Positions 1 through 13,064 of a DNA stretch of 64,000 bases are shown here, piece by piece (the first letter of the stretch is position 1; each line of letters begins with the position of its first letter). The stretch is taken from assembly GCF_018977255.1 (NCBI RefSeq), contig NW_024704742.1, positions 28,088,001-28,152,000 of the forward strand. Reading direction: 5' to 3'. The notes beneath the pieces were generated by a model. It had not been told where the DNA came from. It saw nothing but the letters and a program-made list of their open reading frames with translations, and searched no databases. A program made the translations under genes and the position numbers. The stretch is from Callorhinchus milii. Its lineage: Eukaryota.

Positions 1-2305
1 CTTTCTCTGCTCCAAGGAGAATAATCCTAGCTTCTCGAGCCTCTCCTGATAACTGAAGTCCCTCATTCCTGGTACCATCCTGGTAAATCTCCTTTGAACC
101 ACTTCACTGCTTTGACATTCTTCTTAAAGTGTGGTACCGAGAACTGAAAACAGTACTTTAGCTGAGGTCTAACCAGTGTTTTATAAGGTTCGTCATAACT
201 TCCTACTTTTTTATTCTACACCCCTGTGTATAAAGTCTAGTATCCCATATGCTTTTTTCACAGCTTTATCTACCTGTCCTGCCACATTAAAAGATTTACT
301 TATACGAACCCCGGGTCTCTCTGTTCCTTCACCCCCTTTAAGATTGTACCATCAGCTTATATTGCCTCTCCTCATTTTTCCTCCCAAAATGCATCACTTT
401 GCATTTCTCCACATTAAACTTCACCTGCCACATGTCTGCCCATTTTACCAGTCTGTCTATGTCCTCTTGCAGTTTGCTACTATCCTCACTGTTTACTACT
501 TTTTCTAGTTTAGTACCATCCGCAAACTTGGAAATTGTACTCCCTATACCTAAGTCCAGGTCATTTATATAGATCAAAAACAGCAGTGGTCCCAATACCG
601 ACCCCTGGGGGACACCACTGCACACTTCCCTCCAGTCAGAAAAACAATCGTTCACCACCACTCTGTGCTTTCTGTCTCTCAGCCAGTTCTGTATCCATGC
701 TGCCACTGTCCTTTAATACCATCGGCTTCTATTTTGTTTACAAGTCTCTTATGTGGCACTTTATCAAGTGCCTTTTGAAAATCCATATAAACAACACCAA
801 CTGCACTACGTTCATCCACCCACTCTGTTCTTCATCAAAAAACTATCAGGTTTGTTAGACCTGATTTGCCTTTTGGCTGTCCTTTATTAATCCATACTTT
901 TCGAAGTGAAAATTTATTTTGTCCCGGATTATAGTCCCTAGAAGTTTCCCCACTATTGACGTTAGGCTGATTGGCCTGTAGTTCCCGGGTTTATCCTATG
1001 GCCCCTTTTTGTACAGGGGAGTAACATTTGCAATCCTCCAATCCTCTGGCACCATCTCGTGTCCAAGGAGGATTCAAAGATTGTGACAAAAGCCTCCGTT
1101 ATTCCCACCCTTACTTCCCTCAGTAACCTAGGATGCATCCCATCTGGACCAGGTGGCTTATCTACCTTGAGCACCGATAACCTTTTTAGTACCTCCTCTC
1201 GGTTTATCTTTATCTTATCCAATTTTTTTAGCCTCTCCTCCGATACTGCAGCATTGGCTGCATCCTTTTCTTTTGTGAAGACAGATGCAAAGTGCTCATT
1301 CAGTACATCAGCCATGCCCTCTGCCTCCACAAGAAGATTTCCTCTTTGGTCCCTAATTGTACCCACCCTACTTTTGACTAACCTTTTATTCTTCATATGC
1401 TTATAAAATTCCTTAGAGTCCCCTTTTATGTTACCCGCTAATCTTTTCTCATACAATCTCTTTGCCCCTCTTATTACCTTTTTCAGTTCTCGTCTGTACT
1501 CCTGAGGATTGCAAGACTATATTCTATTTGATTATCTTTTGTATTTTGGACCTGACATTTATCATAAGCCTCCTTTTTCTATTTTATTTTAATCTCAATT
1601 TCCTTATTCATCCAGGGAGGTTTGGATGCCCTACCTTTTCCCTTTGTGGGAATGTATTTGTTCTGTCCCTGAACTATCTTCTCCTTGAAGGCTTCCCATT
1701 GCTCATTAGCTGTTTTACCTGCCAATCTTTCTTTCCAGTCCACCTTGGCTAGGTCCCTTTTTAACTCACTGAAATTAACCCTCTTCAAGTTGAGTATCTT
1801 CACCTTTGATTGTTCCGCTAAGTTTAATGATGTTGTGATCACTGTTGTCCAGATGCTCTCTTACAGGAACCTGCTTCACTTGGCCCACTTAATTCCCCAG
1901 AACTAGATCCAGCATTGTTTTCTTCCTCATTGGGCTGGAAGCACACTGATCCAGAAAGGTATCCTGCACACATTTCAGGAATCCTTCCCCCTCCTTGCCC
2001 TTTACACTGTTATTTTGCCAGTCTATGTTAGGATAATTGAAATCCCCGATTATCACTACTCTATTGGTTTTGCATCTTTCTGAAATCTGACAGATTTGTC
2101 AGATTTGCTCATCTATCTTTGGTGGATTTGGTGGTCTTGAGTATACACCTAACAGAGTAACAGCTCCTTTTCTGCTCCTTAACTCTAACCAAATAGATTG
2201 TGTTTTTGGACCTTCTAGCACATTGTCTCTTTCCAGGGCAATAACCGTGTCGTTAATCAATATTGCCAGCCCCCCCCCTTTTTTCCTTCCCTATCCCTCC
2301 TAAAT
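1..2305 (-). mobile_element. CR1 LINE ORF2 (endonuclease + reverse transcriptase), degenerate; 3' end runs off the window
   Basis: RT motifs GVPQGSVLGPLLFLIYINDLD, SKFADGTKL, KPPGPDGMHPRLLRE in ORFs 338-706 and 962-1456; many frameshifts. Confidence 0.95.
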
Positions 2306-3011
2306 CATATCCGCGCCACAACTGGCACCGCCTTCCATCACCTCCGAAACATCGCCAGACTACGTCACTACCTCACCCCTCATGCTGCTGAAACTCTGGT
2401 CCACGCCTTGATCACCTCAAGGCTGGACTATGGGAACTCTCTCCTCGCCGGCCTTCCTGGCACCTTCCTCCACAAGCTGCAGGTCATTCAGAACTCTGCA
2501 GCTCATGTACTGTCCCGTACCAGGCTTCGCGACCACATCACTCCCACCCTCGCTCGCCTACACTGGCTCCCCATCCCCCAGAAGATCGAATTCAAGATCC
2601 TCATCCTCACCTACAAGGCCACTCACAGCCTTGCTCCCTGCTACCTCTCCGACCTACTATCCCCCTACTTACCTGCCTGTACCCTCCGTTCCTCTGGCTC
2701 CGGTCTGCTCCACATCCCCCGCCCTAACATCGGTGGCTGGGCCTTCAGCCTCTCAGCCCCGAGGCTCTGGAACTCCATCCCCCAGTGCCTTCGCCGCCTC
2801 CTCCCTTTCCTCCTTCAAGGCCAGTCTCAAGACCTTTCTCTTTGACCGTGCCTTCAGCTCCCCTCTCGACTCTCTACCCCCTCCTCGCTTCCTCCCTTCC
2901 CTCCCCTCACCCTGACCATTTCTCCCCTGCTCAGGTCCTGACCCAACTGTCCAGCGCCTTGGGACGTCCTCCTGACATGAAAGGCACTCTATAAATGAAA
3001 TCTTGTTGTTG
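2306..3011 (+). mobile_element. 5'-truncated L2 LINE inserted into the CR1 endonuclease
   Basis: ITSRLDYGNSLLAGLP...LHWLPIPQKIEFKIL; 3' end gggacgtcctcctgacatgaaaggcact...(TTG)n; TSD TAAAT at 2301-2305 and 3012-3016. Confidence 0.95.
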
Positions 3012-3230
3012 TAAATAAATTGTAGCCAGGAAAATTCAGCTCGGATTCCTACCCTTGTTTCAGCCAGGTCTTCGTTGTTGCCACTACATCATAACCACAT
3101 CTTGCAACTTGAGCCTGCAGTTCACCAATCTTATTTATCACACTCCATGCATTTACGCACATGCACTCCAAGACCGACTGAGTCTGATCTGCATTTCTCC
3201 CCCATCTAATCCCTCCTTTTTCTGGACTAC
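3012..3230 (-). mobile_element. Continuation of the same CR1: endonuclease N-terminus
   Basis: CMCVNAWSVINKIGEL...YDVVATTKTWL; joins as PGYNLF-RRDREGKKGGG once the L2 is removed. Confidence 0.9.
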
Positions 3231-6119
3231 TCTTTATTGTGTTACTATTCGTCTCTCCGAATCTTCTATGCAACTTGTTTGTCTTCTCAAATGAGGCTCT
3301 TGTAAGTCTTCTCCTTTATATAGGACTCAAACAAAAGCACCCAGTTTCGACTGGTCAGCAAATTTTTGTTAATCCCCAACAACTATCCCATGATTAACTG
3401 CTAATTGACTTGTTTGTCTGCTTACATGGAAAATTGCCTCAATCTCAAGAAAGATTTCCCACTCTTCTGCTGAATGAAAGAGTTCTCTCTCGCTCTCTGG
3501 TGTCTCTCTTATTGAAAAATTCCCACTCTCACCAAATTCCTTAACAGAAATCTCACTCTGTTCTACCTCACTCAGTTCCCTTCTCATGCTGCTGGGCTCT
3601 CTGCTCAATTATAAAGGAGTCTCATTAAGAAATACTACTAAATATCCCCCAATAAGAATGATTTTTTTTAGCTGTTCATTGCTGTTACTTAATTCCTTCC
3701 TCCAAAGGATACATTTTATTGTTCAACAGACAAGATTAATAATCTAGGCTAAAAATGATGGAATTCACAGAATAAATTGAATGCTGCTCACCTGATAATG
3801 AATGCGGATTAAGGTTTTTATGTCACTAAGGTGAAATTTTTAACATTGGAGAAAAAGACATTGCAATTTCACTGTTTTTAACACAGGTTGTGATATTTTT
3901 TTCTCTCTATTCTGTCATTAACTCTACACATATTTGGATTGGAATTTGACCTGTAATGAATGAAGAATGCTGATCAACAGAAAAATAAAACATTTAAACG
4001 GTGGACACTTATGCTATCACTTTCAGTAAAATACTGTCTGTTTTGAATGATAATATCCTTCCAGCAGTTTAAGGCACAGCCATCTTGTATGGTTTGGTCA
4101 TCGGAGCATACACAAACACAAAAAAGCAGAGGTAGTACAGTATTCATCAAATTGGATTTATACTACAACGTGTTTACCTTCATAAATTATTTTCTACTTG
4201 TGATGTTTCATTAATCGATGATATACTTTGGGGAACAATGCAATACCCAATTTATATTGTGAGAGAAGAAGGCTTGAAAGCTCACAAGTGGCAAGTCATG
4301 AGTGATTTATTAGAAGCTTTCTTGTGATTGGGCTTCACTGTTCTTGGTTTTTCTATTCCTGAAATGCATGTGAGGATGAAGCAATTTAACCCATTTTTAC
4401 CTTATTTTCTAATTTAGATTTTGCTGCAATGTAAAAGAGACAGATAAACAATGGAAACAATTCATTCTTGAGTTCGATTTCAGATTTAGTGCATACTTGT
4501 CATATATCTAGGACCATTCAATGCACCGGTTTGTTGCAGTGACATAATAGTATAGGTGCTGTAGAAGAGATGTTACTTCAACAAAGTCTCGGGAAAAACA
4601 TAAAAAGTGTTTCTGATCTACACATAAGAGAATCTGAAATAGAAATTAATCTGCACTGTAATCCAATGATTTCCAAATGCTTTCCGTTGCTTGCTTTGCA
4701 TTGTTGCATACTGCTTCACATTAGAGATGCTTTCTGGGTATGAATAATAATCATGCACAAATCCTTTCCATTATCTGCCTCTGCTAATGTGCACCTTTCC
4801 ATGTCACAAGTTACTGCCATCTTTAAGGTATCCTGAATTAGATTAAAAATTAAATTCACAGGGCTGTTATGGCATTGAGCATTGTGTGGTTTGATCACTG
4901 AGGCATGGAGATAGTATGAATATTTTGCTGTGCATGAATATGTGAAATGCCAAAAAAACAGAACACATTGGCAAGCTTACCATCATCCACTTTGTGAAAG
5001 GATGGTGCCACTTCATATCTGTGTAACAAGCTATAAATGCAGTGCTGTCTGCTGTAATGGGCTTGCATGCAATGCAGTTGCTTTTCTGGCAGCTATCGGT
5101 AAGGAAGAAACAAGATATCATTATGTCTTGAACTCCATCCTATTACAAAAAATGACAACTGAGCATGTCCTACCAGTTATATGCATGAACAAAGGCAACC
5201 GTGTTGTACGGTGGTAGTGATGGTGACAAAACAATAGGCAGCTTTAAAGCTTTGGCTCTTACGCTGCAGTTTAACCGATGAGAAGGCAAACCATAATTAA
5301 TGAAAGGCAAGATTTATAAAAGTGACACAGAGGAAGCATATTGGTAGTTCATAATTTGAATTGTTAAAGTGACACATTTTCGTGTTCTGAAACATTAAGT
5401 GTGTCATCACTGAATAATTTGTTCAATATGCTCTTTTTCTCAGGAAATAATTCAAAGCTCCAGAATGCATTATTACATTAAAAATGCATTTACTGCTGTT
5501 AGTTATGTCCATGAAATATTGAGAAAAAAGCTCTTGTCTGCTAAAGATGGCAATTTTATATTAATTGCTACCATCGAAGTGTGTTGCCCATCAGATGGTG
5601 AAGCTTACGAAAGTAAACATATTTTTTTTAATCTTAGAAAGGAAGATACATTTTGAAAATGTTGAACAATGCTTTCTTAATTAAAATATTAATTGTAAAT
5701 AGTTAGCCTTATTTAACCTTGAGAAGACCCTGATAGAATAACATAAAACAGACATTACATATCAGTGGGAGCAATTAATGTAAATATTGCACACTTTTTT
5801 GTAAATAGAGGACTCAGAAAAGAACACATGTGCTTAACCCTTTCAGGACTGAATGAGCCTTTTTGTACTACATTTAGACAAACGGATCTGTTGGGACATT
5901 ATATAATGACATAAACAAATGCTGAACCTTAAGGTCACTTAATTTTTTTGGTGAGAAGGAAGAGCGCTGCATTTTTCTAGTTGCTATCCTTCAAATGAGA
6001 TGTTAAACTGTGGTTGGTCTGCCTATTTGAGTTGATGTTCAATATTCCATGGTACAATTTGGAAAGAGAAGGAGGTTTCTCACATTGTTCTAGCCATCAA
6101 CCTACAGCCTTACATCAGC

Positions 6120-6500
6120 ATAGTGCAATGATAGCACTCTTGCCTCAGAAAGTTGTGCGTTCAAGTCCCATGTCAAGACTTGGAATCACATCGTCTAAGA
6201 TGACGTTCCAATGCAGTGCTGGGGGGTGTTGCATTGTCGGAGGAGATGCTGAAACCGAGGTTCCATTCCGTGGGCATTAAAGATACCATGGCACTATTCG
6301 AAAAGAGAAGAGGTTTTCTCCCGATGTCCTGGCCAACAATCCCCCAGTTTGGCCAGTCACTCCACATGACACATTGCTGTGTGCAACTGGCTGCTGTGTT
6401 TTGCTCACAAAATACACAGTCAATCAATATAATCCTGCGAAGCACTTTGAAATGTCTCGATGACATAAAAGGCGCTATACGAAATGCAGGGATTATTGTT
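6120..6500 (+). mobile_element. Old Deu-domain SINE (SacSINE1/AmnSINE1-like)
   Basis: tRNA-like head (tagcactcttgcctc...gttcaagtccc), central aaagataccatggcactattcgaa...tgtcctggccaac, L2-type tail ggcgctatacgaaatgcagg. Confidence 0.8.
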
Positions 6501-7359
6501 CTTAATAAATATGAATATTAACTTGCTGGCTGTTTCTGGGACATTGATGTGTACATATTAGCTGTTGCACTCATGTGCAAATACGGTCACTGCACTGTTC
6601 ACATCCAAACCAGTTAATATTTTGTGACTAAAAGTCCAATATGCCTTAAATGATTTGATATCTGTGGTGAAAAATTGCATTTTTCACCCCTATTTTCATT
6701 AGGCTTTCTACATGAGAAGAATATTGCCAGGCCTGTTGTAGGTCAAAGACAGTAGTTTTGAAGCAGCCTGGAGAGGTTCAGAGTGATGTGTAACCTGGCT
6801 AGATTGAACGTTATTAAATAATGAGATTTTTAAATTGGCCCATTTCAATGAACAATTAACATTTTAGCATTTGCAAAGGTAAAAAATGAGATTGTTAATC
6901 AGCTTAAGTGTGCATGTAGACCTCAAAACTATATATATATATATAAAAAAGAATCATTATTGTTAAACAATTAATGGAGCAGCCTTTCATAAAAAAATTA
7001 GCAAAGAGAATTTGGGCTTTTTGAATGAATGTGCTGCATGAAATGTAGCAATATCCATGCCTTCAACTTGAAGATTAAGATTCAAAATTGGAGAAAATGC
7101 CATATTTCATTTAATTGTGAATCATATCACAAGCTAATTGTAAAGTCATGGGATCACAGTCATAATGCCTCATGGAACAAATTGCACAGTTCACAGGCTC
7201 ATTAGAGAAGTATGGATCAAGAAAGCCCTTTGATCCATATTACCTCTTCCTCCCAGTTCGTGTAAAGCACTTTGAGACGTCCTCCTGATGTGAATGATGC
7301 TGTAGCAAATATAAGATTTTTATTATAATTTTTACAGGTGCAAATACCCAACTTTGGTG

Positions 7360-8260
7360 ATAATAATAATACTTGCATTCTGATATAGCGCATTACAACA
7401 ACAAAAAAAATTACATTTGTAAAGTGTCTTTCATGTCAGGAAAGGCGCTTTACAAAGAGTTATGGACCCAAGCTGGAGGTCAGTGTCAGGGAGGGTGGAG
7501 GGCAGGGAGTGAAGCAGGCAGATCGGAAGCACGGTCGAAGAGAAGGATCTTGTGATGGGTCTTGAAGGTGGCGAGGGAGGAGGCAAGGCCTGTGAGATCG
7601 AGATCCAAAGGGTNGGGGCAGAGTGGCAGAAGGTCCGCCCATTAATAGTGGGTCAAGCGAGGTGGGGGATGTGAAGCAGTTCGGAGCCCGCTGAGTGGAG
7701 GGAGCGAGCAGGATGGTAGAGGGTTAGGAGGTTGCAGAGGTAGGCGGGCGCAAGACCATGGAGGGCTTTAAAGGTGAGGATCAGGATCTTGAACTGTATC
7801 CTCTGTGTGATGGGAAGGCAGTGGAGTTGGGAGAGGATGGGGGTGATAGGGTCACAGAGCCTAGTGCGGGAGAGGAAATGGGCTGCAGAGTTCTGGATGA
7901 TCTGCAGCCTATGGAGGGTGGAGTTGGGAGGCCAACAAGAATGAGTTTGCATTGTCGAGCCTTGATGTAATAAAAAAATAAATGAGGGTTTTGGCGGAGT
8001 GAGACAGTGGCAGAGCCGGGCGATGTTGCGGAGGTGAGGGAAAGCAGAGCAGGTCATGGTGCAAATGTGGGGTAGAAAGGATCAAACAAGACCCCAGAGT
8101 TCTGGACTAGCTTAGAAAGGTGGAGTGGGCAACCATGGATGGTGATGCTGTAAGTGCCTGAGGTAAGGAGCGCCTGATTATGACGTCTTTGAGACGTTTC
8201 AAAGTGCTTCACAGAATAAACTGTAAAGTGTAATGACTGTATATTTTGTGGGCGAAACGT
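7360..8260 (-). mobile_element. SINE 3' part split by an L2 insertion (L2 at 7396-8176)
   Basis: SINE tail 7360-7395 resumes at 8177; TSD ATTA at 7392-7395 and 8177-8180; L2 ORF 7653-8057 (LQIIQNSAA, ITQRIQFKIL). Confidence 0.85.
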
Positions 8261-8842
8261 AATATATAATTATAATAATAACTTTGTGGGTAAAATGTTA
8301 AGAAGATGCAGCACCTTTTTAATTGCCCAAACTGCAAGTTTATATAGGCAAAAATATTACAGCATCAAAACAAGCATTCTCTGTCACATAGTTACTGTTG
8401 TGCATTTGTAAATTTCGAATTAAGAGCTTAAATTTGTGACATTTCATAACAATGTATTGGTGGTGTAAAATGTTGTGAAGCACTTTCAGGTGTTTCAATG
8501 ATGGCATAAAGCACTATATCAAATGCAAATTATAATAAATATGTTGTATTGCATTAATTTATTTTGGTAAGGAACAAATTGGCTTGGATACAAAGTTTTG
8601 TTTCACTGGAGATGAATTCATATTTTACACTTAATTGCATTCTGAATTGAAATTGGGTAAGAGTAACTGTGAAGAAGAACAGTGTGGTTTCCACTGATTA
8701 CTTACATTGTTGTGGTATTGATCTGAGCTATAACGGCCCCACGTAATGTTGTAACAGAGTGATGACATGGCATAGAAAGAGACAAGCAGAAGAAATACAA
8801 GTCTATAAACAAGCAGCCAATGAAGTAAAGGCTATATCTTAA

Positions 8843-9262
8843 CCAGTGAGGCTAGACATAAAGCTGATTGTTGAAGCTGGCAAGTCCAAGGCTGAGCAAC
8901 AAATGCAGTTGCTATATTTGGTACAGCATCTTTCACATCAGGAGGACTTCTCAAAGCGCTTTATCTAGATTGAGATTCAGAAGCAAATAGAACAAACACA
9001 GTTAGGTTTCAAAGTTCACTGATATAAATTTGGTTCTAGAAAATAAGGGTCTACAGAACCATTCACCCAATATTGTGTGGTATTAAGATCATTAAGCAAG
9101 ATATGCAACCAACTATGGAGCACTCAGAGAAGAAATTATTAAGAACCAGATTGCAAGTGATTGGAATCAGGGTTGACAAAATACACAGTAAGCTTCCAAA
9201 ACAAGAAGATTTGACTTTGCAGACAACAAGTGCAATCAAAGCAAGATGAATTGCTGAGCAGC
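8843..9262 (+). mobile_element. Decayed Gypsy-type LTR retrotransposon gag fragment
   Basis: Frame-corrected reading *YKFGSRK*GSTEPFTQYCVVLRSLSKICN/YGALREEIIKNQI/VIGIRVDKIHSKLPKQEDLTLQT fits the Gypsy gag capsid pattern. Confidence 0.7.
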
Positions 9263-9339
9263 TCGGATGCGGAATCCACATTTAGTGATGAGGACAAAGA
9301 ATACAATAATAAAAAACAGGAAGCACTTCGTCGCTTGAA

Positions 9340-9620
9340 CATGACTTCTGGGGATCAGAAGTCAACTGATGTGGACATATAGCCCAGCATCTTGTTTGCC
9401 TTGTTTATTGCTAGTTTGCACTTTTTTTTGACATTGTGAGCAATGAGTCAACACACTTCAATCTTTCACCTGAAGGTTCCCTGTTTGAACATTGCCCAAG
9501 GCTGGAAACTCTGACAAAGCTGTGCTTTCCTGGTAGTGCAGTGTAATGTCAGCTTGGACTAAGAATGCTGGCCACTGGATCAATTTCATTGTCATTGCAA
9601 TGATAATTCAGTTAAGTGTG
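9340..9620 (-). mobile_element. Old CR1 ORF2 fragment
   Basis: Minus strand AINKANKMLGYM...SPEVM. Confidence 0.7.
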
Positions 9621-10189
9621 TTGTGCCTTTGATTTCTATGAGGGAAGGAATAATGGCTCATAGTCGTGAATCATTGATAGAAACCCAAAGCTGTGCATTC
9701 AGCAGCAAAAATTTGGAAGCTATGCTAGACGTTATGCAATTCCCAGGACTGGAGAATAAACCAATTCCAGCATTAAAGAATAAAATTTAACAGGGCAATG
9801 GAGACATCCAGCAGATTTGTAGATGGAAGAAATCAAAGAGAAGCAAGCAAGCAGCCTATATCAACAGTCTGGCCTGAATGTCTGACGTGAAATTTGTATT
9901 TGACACAATATAATGAGTTCCACATCAAATAACATTCTTTATAAGTTGCAAGCTTCTGCCAGTGGCTGTTTAATCTGGCATGTTGTGGTGTCGGATAACT
10001 TGGGGTGGGAAGGATTTAACTGCATAATTTACTGACCTTTGGACATGTCGGTATCTTAACGTCAGATATGCTGCAAATAATAATATAATCTTTGCATTTT
10101 ATACTGTGTGTGAAAAGTGGCATAAAGTTTGTATAAAATATTTGTGGCAAATGAAGCCACTGGAGAAGATGGGGTACAGTAAAACAATA

Positions 10190-10708
10190 TAATAATAATT
10201 GCATTTGATATAGTGCCTTTCACGTAGGTAGAATGTCTGAAAGAACTTCACAAAATATACTGTAAAGTGGAGTAACTTTGTGCCTTGTGGTTGAAACACT
10301 GCAGCCAATTTGTACACAGCAATGTCCCACAACCACAAACAGCTATAAAATGAATGACCAATTTTATTTGGGGGATTGTTGCCCAGGACGCTGGGAGAAA
10401 CAACAACAACAAGATTGCATTTATAGAGCACCTTCACATCGGGAGGACATCCCAAGGTGCTGGACAGTTGGGTCGGGACCCGAGCAAGGGGGAAATGGTC
10501 AGGGTGAGGGGAAGGAAGGGAGAGCGCGAGAAGGGGGTGGAGAGTCGAAAGGGGAGCTGAAGGCATGGCTGAAGAGAAGAGAAACTCCCTTCTGTTTACA
10601 ATTAGTGCCATAGGATCTTGAACAGGCAGATCTTGATTTAACATCTCATCTGAAAGATAGCACCTCCAGAAATACAGCAACCCCCTAGTACTGTATTGAA
10701 CTGTCAGC
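10190..10708 (-). mobile_element. Deu-domain SINE interrupted by a young L2 3' end (10402-10578)
   Basis: TSD GAGAAAC at 10395-10401 and 10579-10585; the insert closely matches the L2 3' ends near 2850-3011 and 37810-37988. Confidence 0.85.
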
Positions 10709-11190
10709 AGCAACAACAACAACTTGCATTTATGTAGCATTCTTCACACAGGGTAGTGTCTTAGAGTGCGTAACAGGTGGGGCTAGACCCCAAGCCAAGG
10801 AGGAAGTGGAGGGATTGAGTCAGAGTATGAGTCTCATGGCAGAGTGGCTGAAAGCATGGCCACTGATGGTGGAGTGGAGGGGATGAGGGACATGCATGAG
10901 GCCAGATGAAAGGGATGGGTAGAGGAGTAGGATGAAAGCAATTTCAAGAGTTAGATAGTTACCAATCCATAAAGTGATTTGTACACGAGTGTGAGAATCT
11001 TGAGATTCTGGCAAGGACTGGGATGTGGAGTTTAATATGGGTGAGGAAATGGATGACAGAGGTTTGATCTAATTGGATGTTATGAATGGTGATGTTGCAG
11101 AGACAGGTGAGAAGGGCATTGGAAAAATAAAGGCGGAAAGTGACAAATATGTGGATTAGGGTACCAACTGTGATGATGGGTGTGAGGTCA
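10709..11190 (-). mobile_element. Old L2 3' fragment
   Basis: (CAA)n tail plus ttgcatttatgtagca; decayed AFSHSA motif. Confidence 0.65.
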
Positions 11191-11219
11191 GCAGAAACTA
11201 TATGGGTTCCAATGATCCC

Positions 11220-12640
11220 AGTGGTTTTGTCTTTACCAAGACTAAATAACTTGTCTAATTACTGCTTAACGCTCATTTCTCTAGCATTAGGGGTCATCTT
11301 TATTACTGATTTCTGCACTGTCTATAGAGTCAGGGCAGCTCTCTATTGTCACAATGACCAGAACCGTGTGCAATACTCCAGGTGCAGCCTTTTCTGAGCA
11401 CTGTGCAGCCTAAGTATGACTGGGGGATCCGAGCTCAACCGATTTAGCAATATAGCCCAGCTCCTGTTTGCTTTGTTTGTTCTGTCTCATGCTGTTTTGA
11501 CATAGTGAGCGATGAGAAAAGTAATACTGCTAGGTCTCTTTCCGTTTCCCCTCGGCATCTTCTATCCTATTCATGGAGCCCATCTACAATTTACATGTGC
11601 CTCCTATTCTTACAAAAGTGCAATACCTTGCATTTATTTGTGTTGAACTTAATTTACCATCATAGAATTATAGAATCATATAATTATACAGCACAGAAGC
11701 TTGTGTCTGAGCTGGCTCTTTGAAAAGAGCTTTCCAAATCAATCGCTCTCCCCATAGCCTTGCAAACTTGTCCCCCCCAAATAATTATCTACTCTCTTTA
11801 AAGGTGTTATCGAATCGGCTTCCACAACCCAGATCCGAACAACTCACTGTGTAAAAAAAATTCTCCTCACCTCCCCTCTGTTTATTTTAACAACTATTTT
11901 AAATCAGTCCCCTCGGGTTACCGACCCACCCAGCAGTGGAAAAAGGTTTCACCTTGTTCACCCTATCGAAACCCTTCAGAATTTTGAAAACTTGTATTAA
12001 GTCTCCTCTTAACCTTCTCTGCTCCAAGGAGAATAATCCTAGCTTTCCTAGCATCTCCTGATAACTGAAGTCCCTCATTCCTGGTACCATCCTGGTAAAT
12101 CTCCTTTGCACCCTCTCCAAAGCTTTGAAATCTTTCCTAAAGTGTGGTGCCCAGAACTGAACGCAGTACTGTAGCTGAGGCCTAACCAGTGTTTTATAAA
12201 GGTTGATCAAACTTCCTGACTTTTGTATTCTATGCCCCTATTTATAAAACCTAATAACCCGTATGCGTTTCTAGCAGCTTTACTACCTGTCCTGCCACCT
12301 TCAAAGATTTACTTATATGAACCCCCAGGTCTCTCTGTTCCTTCACCCTCTTTAAGATTGTACCATCATCTTATATTGCCTCTCCTCATTCTTCCTCCTA
12401 AATTGCATCACTTTGCATTTCTCCACATTAAACTTCATCTGTCACATGTCTGTCCATTTCTGTCTATGTCCGTTTGCAGTCTGCTACTATCCTCCTCACT
12501 GTTTACTACTTTTCCTAGCTTAGTATCATCAGCCCAAGTGCATACTCTATCAAGCTTTCTTTGTAAGACCTTTGCTGCCTCCTCTGATTCGGCGGTTTCC
12601 TCCAAATTTAACTGTTGCATTGAGTTTTCAAATCCAGATG
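11220..12640 (-). mobile_element. Old CR1 (11220-11662 and 12527-12640) with a younger CR1 3' end nested at 11663-12526
   Basis: ORF 11899-12210 LYKTLVRPQLQYCVQFWAPHFRKD; tail catagaattatagaatc; TSD/microhomology CATCA at 11658-11662 and 12527-12531. Confidence 0.88.
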
Positions 12641-13064
12641 ATTAGTATATACAGAAAATTGGAGAAGGTCATAGTACAGAATCAGTGTGTTTAGTTCCTC
12701 CCCCCAGTTTGACCTAGTTCCCCTAAAAACTCTGCTTCCTTTAGTCAAACCAGCGGCATCAGAAGTAACCGAGAAGAGACTGGATTTTTAATAAATAGAA
12801 AGCCTTAGGTTTTCATAGTTTGTGTGAACTTATTCTTAGACACTTTTTGACAAACAATCCAATCCATACAGGTTGTAGGCAGTGTGTAACAAAGTGAGGA
12901 AAGCTGTAATGGAAGTGTCCCTACCCACATCAACTGTAAATTGAGAAACTAGAGTTGACAGATTTTCTACCATAATGAAGATGAGAAAAAGCATTAATCT
13001 TCTAGATGTCTCAAAGTGCTTCACAGAATATACTTTAATGTGAATTGACCGTATATTTGTGAGC

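Noticed and set aside
4000..5250. Possible decayed DNA-transposon transposase on the minus strand (piggyBac- or Harbinger-like fragments)
   Set aside because: Only vague and mutually inconsistent motif resemblances; needs a translated profile search
5586..5601. CTCF-like motif gcccatcagatggtga (weaker ones near 22845 and 52992)
   Set aside because: Judged by eye only; such matches are expected by chance in 64 kb without a PWM score or ChIP data
7614..7614. Single N base
   Set aside because: Assembly ambiguity inside an L2 copy, not biological
9690..9880. Possible Myb/SANT-like fragment of a Harbinger element
   Set aside because: Too short and degenerate to support
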